Source: an uncultured Pelagibacteraceae bacterium (lineage in GTDB: Bacteria; Pseudomonadota; Alphaproteobacteria; Pelagibacterales; Pelagibacteraceae). Taken from it: a stretch of DNA of 64,000 nt. The notes beneath the pieces were generated by a model. It made no database searches. It was not told where the DNA came from and saw nothing but the letters and a program-made list of their open reading frames with translations. Positions 35,506 to 45,884 of the stretch are shown here, piece after piece (positions within the stretch are counted from its first letter, which is position 1; every line of letters begins with the position of its first letter). Made by a program: the position numbers and the translations under genes. The stretch is taken from contig CACNYD010000001.1 in the NCBI GenBank assembly GCA_902624635.1, positions 52,766 through 116,765 on the forward strand, given 5' to 3'.

Positions 35506-36549
35506 TTACTCAAAAATTTTTGTGAATTTTTTCTTATCCCTATTTTTCCACTCACCCCTGTGATAAGCATCGCTAGCTATTAGGGGTAGTACACTAGTGG
35601 CTTCAGCAAATACCATCTGTTCTTTAGTAACATCAACTTTACCCCATGAACTTGCTTCTTTTAATGTCGAACTACTGCATGCACCGTCTCTAGAGTCAGC
35701 AACCGTAATTTGAACAGCATATTTGTGCATGTCAACTTCCTTGCCCAACAATTCAGCACAAATTACGGTGTCTTGAATAAAATTTTTTGGAACACCACCA
35801 CCAATCATAAATAAACCTGATCCTTTCGAGCGTATTTTAATTTCAGTCAATTCTCTAAATTCTCTTATAGAGTCGATTGTCATATGTTTTTTTGGATTTT
35901 TTTCTTGATGTATAACTAATCCAAATCCAGCACTGGAGTCGGTGAAAGCTGGGCAAAAAATTGGAACATCATTATCATATGCTGTTTCAATCAAAGAGTC
36001 CTTTTTTATAGAATTTTTTTTTAAATATTTACCCATCTCTTTAATAAATTCTCTTGATGTATAGCTTCTAGGTTCCAAGGTATCCGCAATTTCACATATT
36101 TTTTTATCACAAATCTGTAACTCATCTTCATCTATGTATGTGTCGTAAATTCTATCGATATAATTTTTTCTTAATTCAGTATCATCTTGGAATTGAGACC
36201 CTTGATAGTGTTTAAAACCAAGAGCTTCAAAAAAATCCATATCAATTATTGAAGCGCCAGTTGCCACTATTGCATCAACCATATTATATTTAACTAAATC
36301 TTTATAAATATTCATGCAACCTGCAGCAGATGTTGAACCTGCTAATGTTAAAAAAATTGTGCATTCTTTGTCTTTCAACATTTCATTATAAATATTAGCT
36401 GCATTAGCCGTTTCTCTTGAAACAAAAGACATTTTTTCCATAGAAGAGATAATTTTTCTAGAGTCAAAAGATGTAATATCAATATGCTCTATAGGTTTTT
36501 TTAGGAAATCTTTTTTACTGTTGTGACCAAGATTTTTATTTTCTGACAT
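35506..36549 (-). CDS. Deoxyhypusine-synthase-like protein (SpeY type, homospermidine pathway)
   Basis: IDRIYDT, CPAFTDSS.G, GGGVPKNF.QD, RDGACSSSTLKEASSWGKV (catalytic Lys), EAT. Confidence 0.88.
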   Translation of the reverse strand: MSENKNLGHNSKKDFLKKPIEHIDITSFDSRKIISSMEKMSFVSRETANAANIYNEMLKDKECTIFLTLAGSTSAAGCMNIYKDLVKYNMVDAIVATGASIIDMDFFEALGFKHYQGSQFQDDTELRKNYIDRIYDTYIDEDELQICDKKICEIADTLEPRSYTSREFIKEMGKYLKKNSIKKDSLIETAYDNDVPIFCPAFTDSSAGFGLVIHQEKNPKKHMTIDSIREFRELTEIKIRSKGSGLFMIGGGVPKNFIQDTVICAELLGKEVDMHKYAVQITVADSRDGACSSSTLKEASSWGKVDVTKEQMVFAEATSVLPLIASDAYHRGEWKNRDKKKFTKIFE

Positions 36550-37733
36550 TAAGCAACTAAAGTAGCTTTGTCTGAATTCTTGTCATACATAGACATTATT
36601 GGGTTATCCTCAACCTCATAAATCTCATCAGAGTAATAACCATTAAATTGAGTTCTAAAAGTTAAACCATATGATCCTAATTGACCAAGTTCAATGTAAT
36701 CATTTTCTTTGATATTATTCGGAAGTAGGAAAGGGCCTTTCATATAATCCATACTGTCACATGTTGGTCCATAAAAATCAAATGCAGTCATTTTCTTTGA
36801 AATAATCTTACTTGAATTTTCTTTAATTAATTTTGATGGAAAAACTATATTAGGTGTTCCAGCATCAAAAAGTGTGCCGTAAGTACCATCATTAATATAA
36901 AGTTTTTGTTTTTTTCTTAAATTAACTCTCACAATTGTTGATCCACTTTCTGCAACCAAAGCTCTTCCAGGTTCACAAATTATTTGAGGCATATTCTTTA
37001 AGTTTAAATTTTCTAAACTTTTTTTAATTTCCTCCATATAACTTTCTAAAGATAGAGGCACGAGATCAGGATAAATTGTCGGGAAGCCTCCACCAATATT
37101 AATATAATCTGGAATTATCTTGGTTTTTTTAATTATATTTCCCATTTCATTAATCCCTTTAGAGTATGAAATTGGATGCATACATTGGGAACCAACATGA
37201 AAACTTAAGCCAATTTTTTTTGAATGAAGTTTTGCAAGCCTTAACAGTCCTGAAGCTTCAGAATTCAAAGCACCAAATTTTTTTGATAAATCTATTTCAG
37301 CATGCTCATTGGAAACAGCAACTCTAATAAATAATTCTAAATCTTTAGCATTTTCTGTTGTTTCGATAATTTTTATTAATTCATCTTTAGTATCTAAAGC
37401 GAAAGTTTTTATTCCAAAATTAAAATATGCTTCTTTAATACTCTCTCTACTTTTAACTGTATGCATAAAAGAACATTTTGCAGTATTATCAAATTTCCTT
37501 ACTGCTTTGATCTCTTCGATAGACGCAACATCAAATTGATTAATTCCACTTTTTATCAAAGTTTTAATAACTTCAGGATGTGGATTAGTTTTTACAGCAT
37601 AAAGTATTTTTCCTGGAAACTTTTTTAGAAAGAATTTTGAAGCAGAAAGAATAGAATTCTTCCTTATACAATAGACAGGTTTTTCCGGTTTCAGTTGATT
37701 AATCAAATTTTCAACTGACTTAAATTTTTGCAT
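36549..37733 (-). CDS. Fold-type III PLP decarboxylase (ODC-like; substrate Orn, Arg or Lys); start likely ATG 37733
   Basis: YAVKTN (PLP Lys), FDVAS..E, KKFG, FHVGSQC, GGGF, EPGR, GPTCDSMD. Confidence 0.9.
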   Translation of the reverse strand: MQKFKSVENLINQLKPEKPVYCIRKNSILSASKFFLKKFPGKILYAVKTNPHPEVIKTLIKSGINQFDVASIEEIKAVRKFDNTAKCSFMHTVKSRESIKEAYFNFGIKTFALDTKDELIKIIETTENAKDLELFIRVAVSNEHAEIDLSKKFGALNSEASGLLRLAKLHSKKIGLSFHVGSQCMHPISYSKGINEMGNIIKKTKIIPDYINIGGGFPTIYPDLVPLSLESYMEEIKKSLENLNLKNMPQIICEPGRALVAESGSTIVRVNLRKKQKLYINDGTYGTLFDAGTPNIVFPSKLIKENSSKIISKKMTAFDFYGPTCDSMDYMKGPFLLPNNIKENDYIELGQLGSYGLTFRTQFNGYYSDEIYEVEDNPIMSMYDKNSDKATLVA

Positions 37734-37807
37734 TTTAAATGCCCCCCAAAAAAAATTTAACAAAAAAAAAGTCTTTTATTTAAAAAAACTTTAATAATCG
37801 AGCAATT

Positions 37808-37853
37808 AATTCAATAGTTATTCAATGTAAAGCAAATAATAGCCTATTGAATT
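37808..37853. repeat. Perfect 10-bp inverted repeat with 26-bp spacer in a divergent promoter region
   Basis: AATTCAATAG (37808-37817) and CTATTGAATT (37844-37853); the inner TTATT/AATAA also pair. Confidence 0.7.
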
Positions 37854-37880
37854 GTGGAAAAAAATATCCATATTAAAAAC

Positions 37881-38444
37881 ATGAAAAACCAAGCTCCATT
37901 ACAAAATCTGGCTGATTTTGACAATAAATCCTTATTAATTGTGGATGATGACAATCCATTTAGAGAAAGATTAGCTAGGGCTATGGAAAAGAAGGGATTT
38001 GAGGTCTTACAAGCTGAGAGTGTGCAAAAAGGAAAAGATATGGTTAAAGTTAAAAAACCAGGCTTTGCAGTGGTTGACCTTAGGTTAAATGATGGAAATG
38101 GATTAGAGGTTGTAAAAGAAATTCAATCATCAAATTCATTAAGCCGAATCATAATGTTAACTGGATACGGAAATATTCCAACCGCTGTAGCTGCAATCAA
38201 AGAGGGTGCTATTGACTATTTAGCTAAACCGGCTGATGCTGATGATGTAGAAAAAGCGTTATTAGCCGATCCATCAAAAAAAGCTGCACCACCTGAAAAC
38301 CCAATGTCAGCAGATCGTGTTAAATGGGAACATATCCATAGAGTATTTGAATTATGCAACAGAAATGTTTCAGAAACTGCAAGAAGACTTAAAATGCATA
38401 GAAGAACGCTTCAAAGAATACTATCTAAAAGATCTCCTAAGTAA
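37881..38444 (+). CDS. regA: RegA/PrrA/ActR response regulator (start likely ATG 37881)
   Basis: Receiver VDDD...DLRL...LTGYGNIPTAV; PPENPMSADRVKWEHI, NVSETARRLKMHRRTLQRIL. Confidence 0.95.
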   Translation: MKNQAPLQNLADFDNKSLLIVDDDNPFRERLARAMEKKGFEVLQAESVQKGKDMVKVKKPGFAVVDLRLNDGNGLEVVKEIQSSNSLSRIIMLTGYGNIPTAVAAIKEGAIDYLAKPADADDVEKALLADPSKKAAPPENPMSADRVKWEHIHRVFELCNRNVSETARRLKMHRRTLQRILSKRSPK

Positions 38445-38988
38445 ATTTTCTAATTTTGAGAAGTTGTTTTGATAAGACCGTGAGGATTAAAATTTTATAA
38501 ATTTCTATTAATAAAAATGGTTTTGCTCCTGCTGTAAAAACCTCATTAAAGGTTTTATCAAACCCCATATAGTTCCACAAACCTCCTAATCCAAGAGTAT
38601 AGCTTATACTTACCGATAATAATAAATATAAAAACACAACTATAGGGTCTTTATTTTCATTTATATGACCTACAAAAAATGCTGTAAAAATGAAACCGAT
38701 TAAGTATCCCCCGGTGGGACCCAAAAAATATCCTATCCCTCCTCCCTTTGCAAAAACTGGCAATCCAAAGAATCCTTCAATTAAATACAAAACAACAGTA
38801 AGTGTTGCTAACTTATATCCTAAAACAATCCCAAGAAACATTACCACAAAAGTTTGCATTGTTGCGGGCACCAAAGTGAATGGTGTTTGTATTTTAGACG
38901 ATATAGCTAGTAAGGCAGTCCCGATTAATACAAAAATAGTTGATTTGATTATTTTTGAATTATTGATAATGTTTTTAGCAAGTTCCAT
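38437..38988 (-). CDS. bioY: Biotin transporter BioY (stand-alone S component)
   Basis: VPATMQT, GLPVFA.GGG, GPTGGYLIGF. Confidence 0.92.
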   Translation of the reverse strand: MELAKNIINNSKIIKSTIFVLIGTALLAISSKIQTPFTLVPATMQTFVVMFLGIVLGYKLATLTVVLYLIEGFFGLPVFAKGGGIGYFLGPTGGYLIGFIFTAFFVGHINENKDPIVVFLYLLLSVSISYTLGLGGLWNYMGFDKTFNEVFTAGAKPFLLIEIYKILILTVLSKQLLKIRKFT

Positions 38989-39034
38989 AAAATAATAATA
39001 CTCTTATTTTTTTAATAATCTATATTAATTTAAA

Positions 39035-41809
39035 ATGAACAAGATTAAAAAAACAGATCACTTTTACTTAATAGATGGATCTGGCTACATATTTAGGGCA
39101 TATTATGCTCTCCCACCTCTAACAAGAAAAAGTGATGGTCTTCCAACTGGAGCTGTAAGTGGCTTTTGCAGTATGTTGTTTAAACTTCTTGAAGACTCGA
39201 AATCAAAAGAAAATCTTAAGAAACCAACTCATTTTGCTGTTATTTTTGACTCTGCTAGAAAGACTTTTAGAAATGAAATCTATAGTGATTACAAAGCCAA
39301 TCGATCTGAGGCACCAGATGACCTAGCACCACAATTTGAATATATAAGAAAATCAGTTTTAGCCTTTAATTTACCCTCTGTTGAATTAGTTAATTATGAA
39401 GCAGACGATTTAATTGCAACTTATGTTGATCAGATTTTAAAAAAAGGAGCAAAGGTAACAATAGTTTCATCAGATAAAGATTTAATGCAATTGTATAGAA
39501 AAGATGTTCGTATTTTTGATCCAATGAAAAATAAGTTCATCTCGAATGAGGATGTAAAAAACAAATTTGGAGTAGATCCAGATAAAGTTATAGATGTTCA
39601 GGCCCTAGCTGGCGATAGCAGTGATAACGTTCCTGGTGTTCCTGGAATTGGTGTAAAAACTGCAGCGGAATTAATTAATAAGTATGGTGATTTAGAGACA
39701 CTTTTAAAATCAGCCGATGAAATCAAACAAAATAAGAGAAGAGAGACTTTACTAAACAACAAAGATAAAGCTTTAATAAGTAAAAAATTAGTAACATTAA
39801 AACACGATGCTCCAATTGAAATGAAACTCAATGATTTTGAATTAAAAAGAATTGATAAAGATAAACTTTATAAATTTCTAAGAGAAATGGAGTTTAATAG
39901 GTTACTAAGCTCTGCAATTTCTGCTTATGGAGAGCCAGATTTTAATGGAGAAAAAAAGGATGTTCAGATAAAAGAAAAAAAAGTTGAAATTGATAAAAAA
40001 AATTATTTTTTAATAACAGAACACAGTAAAATTGATAATTGGATTAAGGAAGCTGAAGAAATTGGAGAAGTTGCAGTTGATACAGAAACAAATTCTTTAG
40101 ATCCTCATCAAGCTGACTTAGTTGGAGTATCTTTAAGTTCTAAGATTGGAAAAGCTTGTTATATACCAATAGGACATAATTCAAAAAAGTGCATTGACAA
40201 AGATATAGTGCTTAAAAAATTAAAACCTTTGCTTGAAGATCCAAGTATCAAAAAGATAGGTCAGAACATCAAGTTTGATTTTATTGTATTTTTCAATCAT
40301 GGCATAACGGTATCAGCAATGGAGGATACCATGCTCATGTCATATGTTCTTGATGCTGGAAAAAATAGGCACAACATGGACACATTATCGGAAATTCACC
40401 TCAATCATAAAACAATAAAATTTAAAGAATTAGTTGGTTCTGGAAAGAAACAGATAAACTTTAGTGAAGTCGATTTAGAAAAAGCAAAAGATTATGCCGC
40501 TGAAGACGCTGACATAACTTATAGACTATATAAAAAATTTTATAAAAGTTTGAGAGAAGAAAAAATGATTAATATTTATGAAATTTTTGAAAAACCACTT
40601 TTAAGAATTTTAGCAGATATGGAAATACATGGTATTAAAGTTGATAACAAGTTTCTTAAAACATTATCTACTAAATTTGAAAAAAAGATTGAAAAAATTC
40701 AGAAAGAAGTTTTTAAAATTTCCAAGAAAGAATTTAATATTGCTTCTCCCAAACAACTTGGTGAAATTTTATACAATGATCTTAAGATTGCAGATTTAAA
40801 AAAAACAAAAAAGGGAAGTTTTGCAACAAGCGCTTCAGTGTTAGAAGATCTTGCTTTTAAAGGTCATAAATTTCCACAATTAGTCTTAGACTGGAGGCAA
40901 GTTTCAAAACTAAAAAATACCTATTCAGACTCATTACCTGAGCATATTAATCCTGATACAAAAAAAGTTCATACTTCTTTTTTATTAGCAGCAACGACTA
41001 CAGGACGATTAGCTTCAAGCGATCCTAACTTGCAAAATATTCCAATTAAATCAGAAGATGGCAGAGATATTCGTAAAGCATTTGTTGCTGAGAAGGATAA
41101 TATTTTGATTTCTGCAGATTATAATCAAATTGAAATGAGAATTTTAGCTGACTTAGCCGATGTTAAAGAGTTAAAAAAAGCTTTTAAAAACAATGAGGAT
41201 ATACATTCTCTTACTGCTAGCCAAATTTTTAATATTGATATTAATAAAGTGAATCAAGACCAAAGGAGAAAGGCTAAAGCAATAAACTTCGGAATAATCT
41301 ATGGAATTTCTCAGTATGGATTAGCGAAACAAATAAATGTTTCTAATTTTGAGGCTGAAGAGTTTTTAAATTCATATTTCTCAAAGTTCCCTGAAATAAA
41401 AGTTTACATGGATCGAACAATTAAATTCTGTAGAAAAAGTGGATATGTAAGTAATATTTTTGGAAGAAGATCTCATTTTATAAATATAAATGACAAGAAT
41501 TATAATGTAAGAAACTTTCAAGAACGTGCAGCAATAAATGCTCCAATACAAGGGTCTGCTGCTGAAATTATGAGATTAGCGATGATAAGAATTGATAAAA
41601 AGTTAAAGGAACAAAAAGTAAATAAAACAAAGATGTTGCTTCAGATCCATGATGAATTAATTTTTGAAAGCCCCAAAGATGAAGTAAAAAAAATATCTAA
41701 AGTCATAATTGATGAAATGTCTAGTGTTGCTGAGAGTGATCAACATTCTTTTTCAATACCTTTAACAGTGGATTTAAACACTGGAGAAAATTGGGGTGCA
41801 CTACATTAA
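39035..41809 (+). CDS. polA: DNA polymerase I (5'-3' exonuclease, intact 3'-5' exonuclease, polymerase)
   Basis: DGSGYIFRAY, EADD, DTET/QNIKFD/YAAEDAD, TGRLAS..PNLQNIP, DYNQIEMR, KAINFG, QIHDEL. Confidence 0.99.
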   Translation: MNKIKKTDHFYLIDGSGYIFRAYYALPPLTRKSDGLPTGAVSGFCSMLFKLLEDSKSKENLKKPTHFAVIFDSARKTFRNEIYSDYKANRSEAPDDLAPQFEYIRKSVLAFNLPSVELVNYEADDLIATYVDQILKKGAKVTIVSSDKDLMQLYRKDVRIFDPMKNKFISNEDVKNKFGVDPDKVIDVQALAGDSSDNVPGVPGIGVKTAAELINKYGDLETLLKSADEIKQNKRRETLLNNKDKALISKKLVTLKHDAPIEMKLNDFELKRIDKDKLYKFLREMEFNRLLSSAISAYGEPDFNGEKKDVQIKEKKVEIDKKNYFLITEHSKIDNWIKEAEEIGEVAVDTETNSLDPHQADLVGVSLSSKIGKACYIPIGHNSKKCIDKDIVLKKLKPLLEDPSIKKIGQNIKFDFIVFFNHGITVSAMEDTMLMSYVLDAGKNRHNMDTLSEIHLNHKTIKFKELVGSGKKQINFSEVDLEKAKDYAAEDADITYRLYKKFYKSLREEKMINIYEIFEKPLLRILADMEIHGIKVDNKFLKTLSTKFEKKIEKIQKEVFKISKKEFNIASPKQLGEILYNDLKIADLKKTKKGSFATSASVLEDLAFKGHKFPQLVLDWRQVSKLKNTYSDSLPEHINPDTKKVHTSFLLAATTTGRLASSDPNLQNIPIKSEDGRDIRKAFVAEKDNILISADYNQIEMRILADLADVKELKKAFKNNEDIHSLTASQIFNIDINKVNQDQRRKAKAINFGIIYGISQYGLAKQINVSNFEAEEFLNSYFSKFPEIKVYMDRTIKFCRKSGYVSNIFGRRSHFININDKNYNVRNFQERAAINAPIQGSAAEIMRLAMIRIDKKLKEQKVNKTKMLLQIHDELIFESPKDEVKKISKVIIDEMSSVAESDQHSFSIPLTVDLNTGENWGALH

Positions 41810-41854
41810 TTTATTTGCCCAAATTAGAACAATTTAGTATTTTTATAATTAAGT

Positions 41855-42562
41855 ATGCAAAAACAAACAATTGCTTTAGTAGATGATGACAGAAATATTT
41901 TAACCAGTTTAAGTATTGCTCTCGAAAAAGAAGGTTTCAAAGTTCAGACCTACATTGATGGAGAGAGCGCTTTAATTGGATTAACAAGAACACCACCAGA
42001 CCTAGCTATTGTTGATATAAAGATGCCAAAAATGGATGGTGAGGAGTTGCTAAAAAAATTGAGAAAAAAAACCTCATTGCCAGTTATTTTTCTGACTTCT
42101 AAAGATGATGAAATTGATGAATTACTGGGACTGAAATTGGGTGCAGATGATTTTGTAAAAAAATCAGGTGGTTTTTCAATTAAAGTTTTAATTGAGAGAA
42201 TTAGAGTTCAACTTAGAAAAAAAGACTCCAAGGAGACCTTAGAGGAAAATAAAAGTATTATATCACATGGAAAATTAAAACTGGATCCTTCTCAATTAGA
42301 GTGTGAATGGAATGGGAAACAATTGCCTGATAAATTGACTACCACAGAATTTTTACTTGTAAAAGAGTTAGCTAAAAGACCAGGAATTATAAAAGAGAGA
42401 GCTCAATTAATGGACATAGCTTATAGAGAAGATACAGATATTGAGGATAGAACAATTGATAGCCATGTTAAAAGAATTAGAAAAAAATTTAAAAAAGTTG
42501 ATCCTGAATTTTCAGCTATAGAAACCAGATATGGAAGCGGATATAGATGGAATGTTAGTTAA
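41855..42562 (+). CDS. chvI: OmpR-family response regulator ChvI
   Basis: IALVDDDRNILTS, DIKMPKMDG, FLTSKDDEIDE, DRTIDSHVKRIRKKF. Confidence 0.92.
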   Translation: MQKQTIALVDDDRNILTSLSIALEKEGFKVQTYIDGESALIGLTRTPPDLAIVDIKMPKMDGEELLKKLRKKTSLPVIFLTSKDDEIDELLGLKLGADDFVKKSGGFSIKVLIERIRVQLRKKDSKETLEENKSIISHGKLKLDPSQLECEWNGKQLPDKLTTTEFLLVKELAKRPGIIKERAQLMDIAYREDTDIEDRTIDSHVKRIRKKFKKVDPEFSAIETRYGSGYRWNVS

Positions 42563-44103
42563 TGCTCAGCAATTTTCTTAAGAACTTATCAATTTTAAAA
42601 AAATTTTTACTTATAAATTCTATTTTTTTTACAATTATAGGGCTGTTCACATTCATTTATTTAAAAAACGTTCAACCAAATTTAATCAAAAAAAAATCCT
42701 CAAATCATATCGAGGTAATCAATAATACAATTGATAATCTATCAAGATTAAATGTAAAATTTGTTGAAAAAGATATTAGAAAGTTTTTGTTTTCAACACG
42801 ATTTCTTTTTCAGAACTTGGATAGAGTAATATTTTTTGACAATAAACTTAATCTAATAGGAGATACCGATACATTAGACTTAGATCCAAGATCCTTTTCA
42901 CAAAGGTTGGATACTATTGAGTTAGAGGTGCTGGACTCAAAAACAACAAAAAAAATCACCGAAGAAAAAAATATAGATATTGGAAATGAAAATAATGTGT
43001 CTTTAAATGACGTTCTATTAAATTATGCAACTTCTAAAAATTTTGGAATTCCTTTTACATTTACCGAAGAAGAATTCAATAAATTTAAATTAACTACCAT
43101 TAAGAACGTGATGAAAGATGGAGAAAATATAGGATATTTGGCAATAACAGAAAATGCTAATGATATTAAAGCTGCCATTGATGAAAGAAAAACTTTTGTA
43201 ATTAGGACTGCAATTGCAGTTGGTATCGTAATACTGATTTTTTCATTTGTTTTAAATCGATATTTTTTAAAACCTATTAAAAATTTAGTCAGCTATACAA
43301 AAATAATAAAAAATAAAGACACCAAAAAAACAAATATAGATACATTAAAATTAAGAAATGATGAGCTTGGTTTGCTCTCTAATTCTTTGGATGACATGAC
43401 TTTAGAATTACAAAAAAGAATTTCACATGCAGAAAATTTTTCAACTGATCTTGTACACGAAATTCGTAATCCATTGGCATCATTAAAAAGTGCATCTGAA
43501 ATTTTACACGATGCACAAGATTCTGAACAAAGACTTAAATTAATAAATATTTTAAGTCATGATGTGCAAAGAATTGAAAGATTGATTACTGATTACTCAC
43601 AAATGTTAAAAGATGAAGTTGCACTAAGTAAAGAAAAAATTAAAAAATTAGATATTGAGCCAATAATTAAGTCAGTAGTAGATGATTTTAATAGTGTTTA
43701 TAAATTAAAAAGAGGTATTAACATTTCTTATAAAAATGATGGTAAAAATAGATATTTGATTAATGGAATTGAAAACAGAATTGAACAAATTATTGCAAAC
43801 CTTCTAGATAATGCAATTTCCTTTAGTGATGATAATAAAGACGTAATTGTGCAAGTTTCAAAATCAGAGGATAAAAAAGTCTACATAAAAATATTAGATG
43901 AAGGACAGGGTTTTAAAGAAAAAGATACGAATAAAATATTTAAAAGATTTTACAGCAACAGACCGGATAAATTTGGACAACATTCTGGGCTAGGGTTAAA
44001 TATAGTAAAAAATTTAGTTGATTTACATAATGCCACAATCAGAGCATCTAATAGACATGATAAAAAAGGTGCGAGTATGGAAATAGAATTTCCAAAAGTT
44101 TAA
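42562..44103 (+). CDS. chvG: Sensor histidine kinase ChvG
   Basis: Two TM segments, HAMP (RNDELG.L), H-box HEIRNPLAS, NLLDNAISFS, RFYSNRP..FGQHSGLGL. Confidence 0.88.
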   Translation: MLSNFLKNLSILKKFLLINSIFFTIIGLFTFIYLKNVQPNLIKKKSSNHIEVINNTIDNLSRLNVKFVEKDIRKFLFSTRFLFQNLDRVIFFDNKLNLIGDTDTLDLDPRSFSQRLDTIELEVLDSKTTKKITEEKNIDIGNENNVSLNDVLLNYATSKNFGIPFTFTEEEFNKFKLTTIKNVMKDGENIGYLAITENANDIKAAIDERKTFVIRTAIAVGIVILIFSFVLNRYFLKPIKNLVSYTKIIKNKDTKKTNIDTLKLRNDELGLLSNSLDDMTLELQKRISHAENFSTDLVHEIRNPLASLKSASEILHDAQDSEQRLKLINILSHDVQRIERLITDYSQMLKDEVALSKEKIKKLDIEPIIKSVVDDFNSVYKLKRGINISYKNDGKNRYLINGIENRIEQIIANLLDNAISFSDDNKDVIVQVSKSEDKKVYIKILDEGQGFKEKDTNKIFKRFYSNRPDKFGQHSGLGLNIVKNLVDLHNATIRASNRHDKKGASMEIEFPKV

Positions 44104-44148
44104 AGAGTTCTATTGATTAATTAATTTTTAATTGTTAGAAGAGCCACG

Positions 44149-45435
44149 ATGGAAGATTATAAAGTAAAAGATTTATCACAAGCAGAATTCGGACGAAAAG
44201 AAATTTCAATTGCCGAAAGTGAAATGCCGGGACTTATGGCTTTAAGAGAGGAGTATGCCGGAAAATCTCCTTTAAAGGGTGCAAAAATTATTGGTTGTTT
44301 GCATATGACAATACAAACAGCAGTATTAATTGAAACTTTGGTGGATTTAGGCGCAGAAGTAAGATGGTCATCTTGTAATATTTTCTCTACTCAGGACCAT
44401 GCAGCAGCAGCAATTGCAAAGGCAGGTATTCCTGTTTATGCGTGGAAGGGAGAAACAGAGGAGGAATATGTTTGGTGTATAAAACAAACCATTGAAGGTA
44501 AGAAAAGCTGGAAACCCAATATGCTTTTAGATGACGGTGGTGACTTAACAGCAATGATGCATAATGAATATAAAGATTTATTAAAAGACGTGAAAGGAGT
44601 CTCGGAAGAGACAACTACAGGGATAAAAGCTTTAAATAAAATGGAAAAAGAAAATTCTTTATTAGTTCCAGCTATTAACGTGAATGATTCTGTTACCAAA
44701 TCAAAATTTGATAACCTATATGGATGTAGAGAAAGCTTAGTTGACGGAATAAGAAGAGCAACTGATGTAATGATGTCAGGAAAGATAGCAATAGTTGCTG
44801 GTTTTGGTGATGTCGGGAAAGGAAGTGCCGCATCATTAAGGCAAAGTGGTGCTCGTGTATTGGTCACCGAAGCAGACCCAATATGTGCATTACAAGCTGC
44901 AATGGAAGGTTATGAGGTTGTTTTAATGGATGAAGCAATCAGTAAAGCAGATATTGTTGTAACTGCGACTGGTAACAAAGATATTGTTACGGCTGACCAC
45001 ATGAGAGATATGAAAGATAGAGCAATTCTATGTAATATTGGACATTTCGATAATGAAATTCAGGTTGAGGCATTGAAAAATTACAAGTGGACTGAAGTAA
45101 AACCTCAAGTGCATGAAATTGAATTACCTAGTAAAAAAAGAATAATTTTATTGGCAGAGGGCAGATTAGTAAATTTGGGTTGTGCTACAGGGCATCCAAG
45201 TTTTGTAATGAGCGCTTCTTTTACAAATCAAGTCATTGCTCAGATAGAGTTGTGGAATAATCATAAAAATTATGAAAATAAAGTTTATGTTTTACCAAAG
45301 CATTTAGATGAGAAAGTAGCCACACTCCATCTTAAAAAAGTTGGTGCTAAATTAACTAAACTTTCAAAAGACCAAGCAGATTATATCAGTGTAGGAGTAG
45401 AGGGACCTTTCAAACCTAATGCCTATCGCTATTAA
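44149..45435 (+). CDS. ahcY: S-adenosylhomocysteine hydrolase
   Basis: [47 protein letters not shown]. Confidence 0.98.
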   Translation: MEDYKVKDLSQAEFGRKEISIAESEMPGLMALREEYAGKSPLKGAKIIGCLHMTIQTAVLIETLVDLGAEVRWSSCNIFSTQDHAAAAIAKAGIPVYAWKGETEEEYVWCIKQTIEGKKSWKPNMLLDDGGDLTAMMHNEYKDLLKDVKGVSEETTTGIKALNKMEKENSLLVPAINVNDSVTKSKFDNLYGCRESLVDGIRRATDVMMSGKIAIVAGFGDVGKGSAASLRQSGARVLVTEADPICALQAAMEGYEVVLMDEAISKADIVVTATGNKDIVTADHMRDMKDRAILCNIGHFDNEIQVEALKNYKWTEVKPQVHEIELPSKKRIILLAEGRLVNLGCATGHPSFVMSASFTNQVIAQIELWNNHKNYENKVYVLPKHLDEKVATLHLKKVGAKLTKLSKDQADYISVGVEGPFKPNAYRY

Positions 45436-45874
45436 AAGTGATTTTATCAGTCTACCTTCAGAAAAAAAAACAGAGGAATTAGCTAAAAAGTTCTCAAAAA
45501 AATTGAAATTAGGACATGTAGTTTTTTTTGTAGGGGAGATGGGTGTTGGCAAAACTACTTTTATTAGATACTTGATTAACAATTTTCAAAAAGAAAATAG
45601 ACTTAAAATAACTGAAGTAACAAGTCCTACATTCAATTTATTAAACGAATACAAAATCAAAAAAATTAAGATCAATCATTATGACTTATTTAGAATAAAA
45701 AATTTAGATGAAATTCACAATTTAGGATTATTTGATAATATTTCTAATGCTATTACATTGGTTGAGTGGCCACAAAAAATAAAACCAAAACCAAAAAATT
45801 TGATAGAATTAAACTTTGAATATGGAAATGATTACAAAAAACGATTAGTACAAATTAAAGGTTTAAATTTGTAA
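45419..45874 (+). CDS. tsaE: tRNA threonylcarbamoyladenosine ATPase TsaE
   Basis: [25 protein letters not shown]. Confidence 0.92.
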   Translation: MPIAIKSDFISLPSEKKTEELAKKFSKKLKLGHVVFFVGEMGVGKTTFIRYLINNFQKENRLKITEVTSPTFNLLNEYKIKKIKINHYDLFRIKNLDEIHNLGLFDNISNAITLVEWPQKIKPKPKNLIELNFEYGNDYKKRLVQIKGLNL

Positions 45875-45884
45875 TTGTATATAA

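Noticed and set aside
37734-37880. RegA-binding box or translated speFL-like leader peptide
   Set aside because: There is no GC-rich RegA-type inverted motif and no ATG-initiated Arg/Orn-sensing leader ORF on the minus strand.
44104-44148. Possible SAH or SAM riboswitch before ahcY
   Set aside because: The spacer is only 45 nt, AT-rich, and shows no aptamer consensus.
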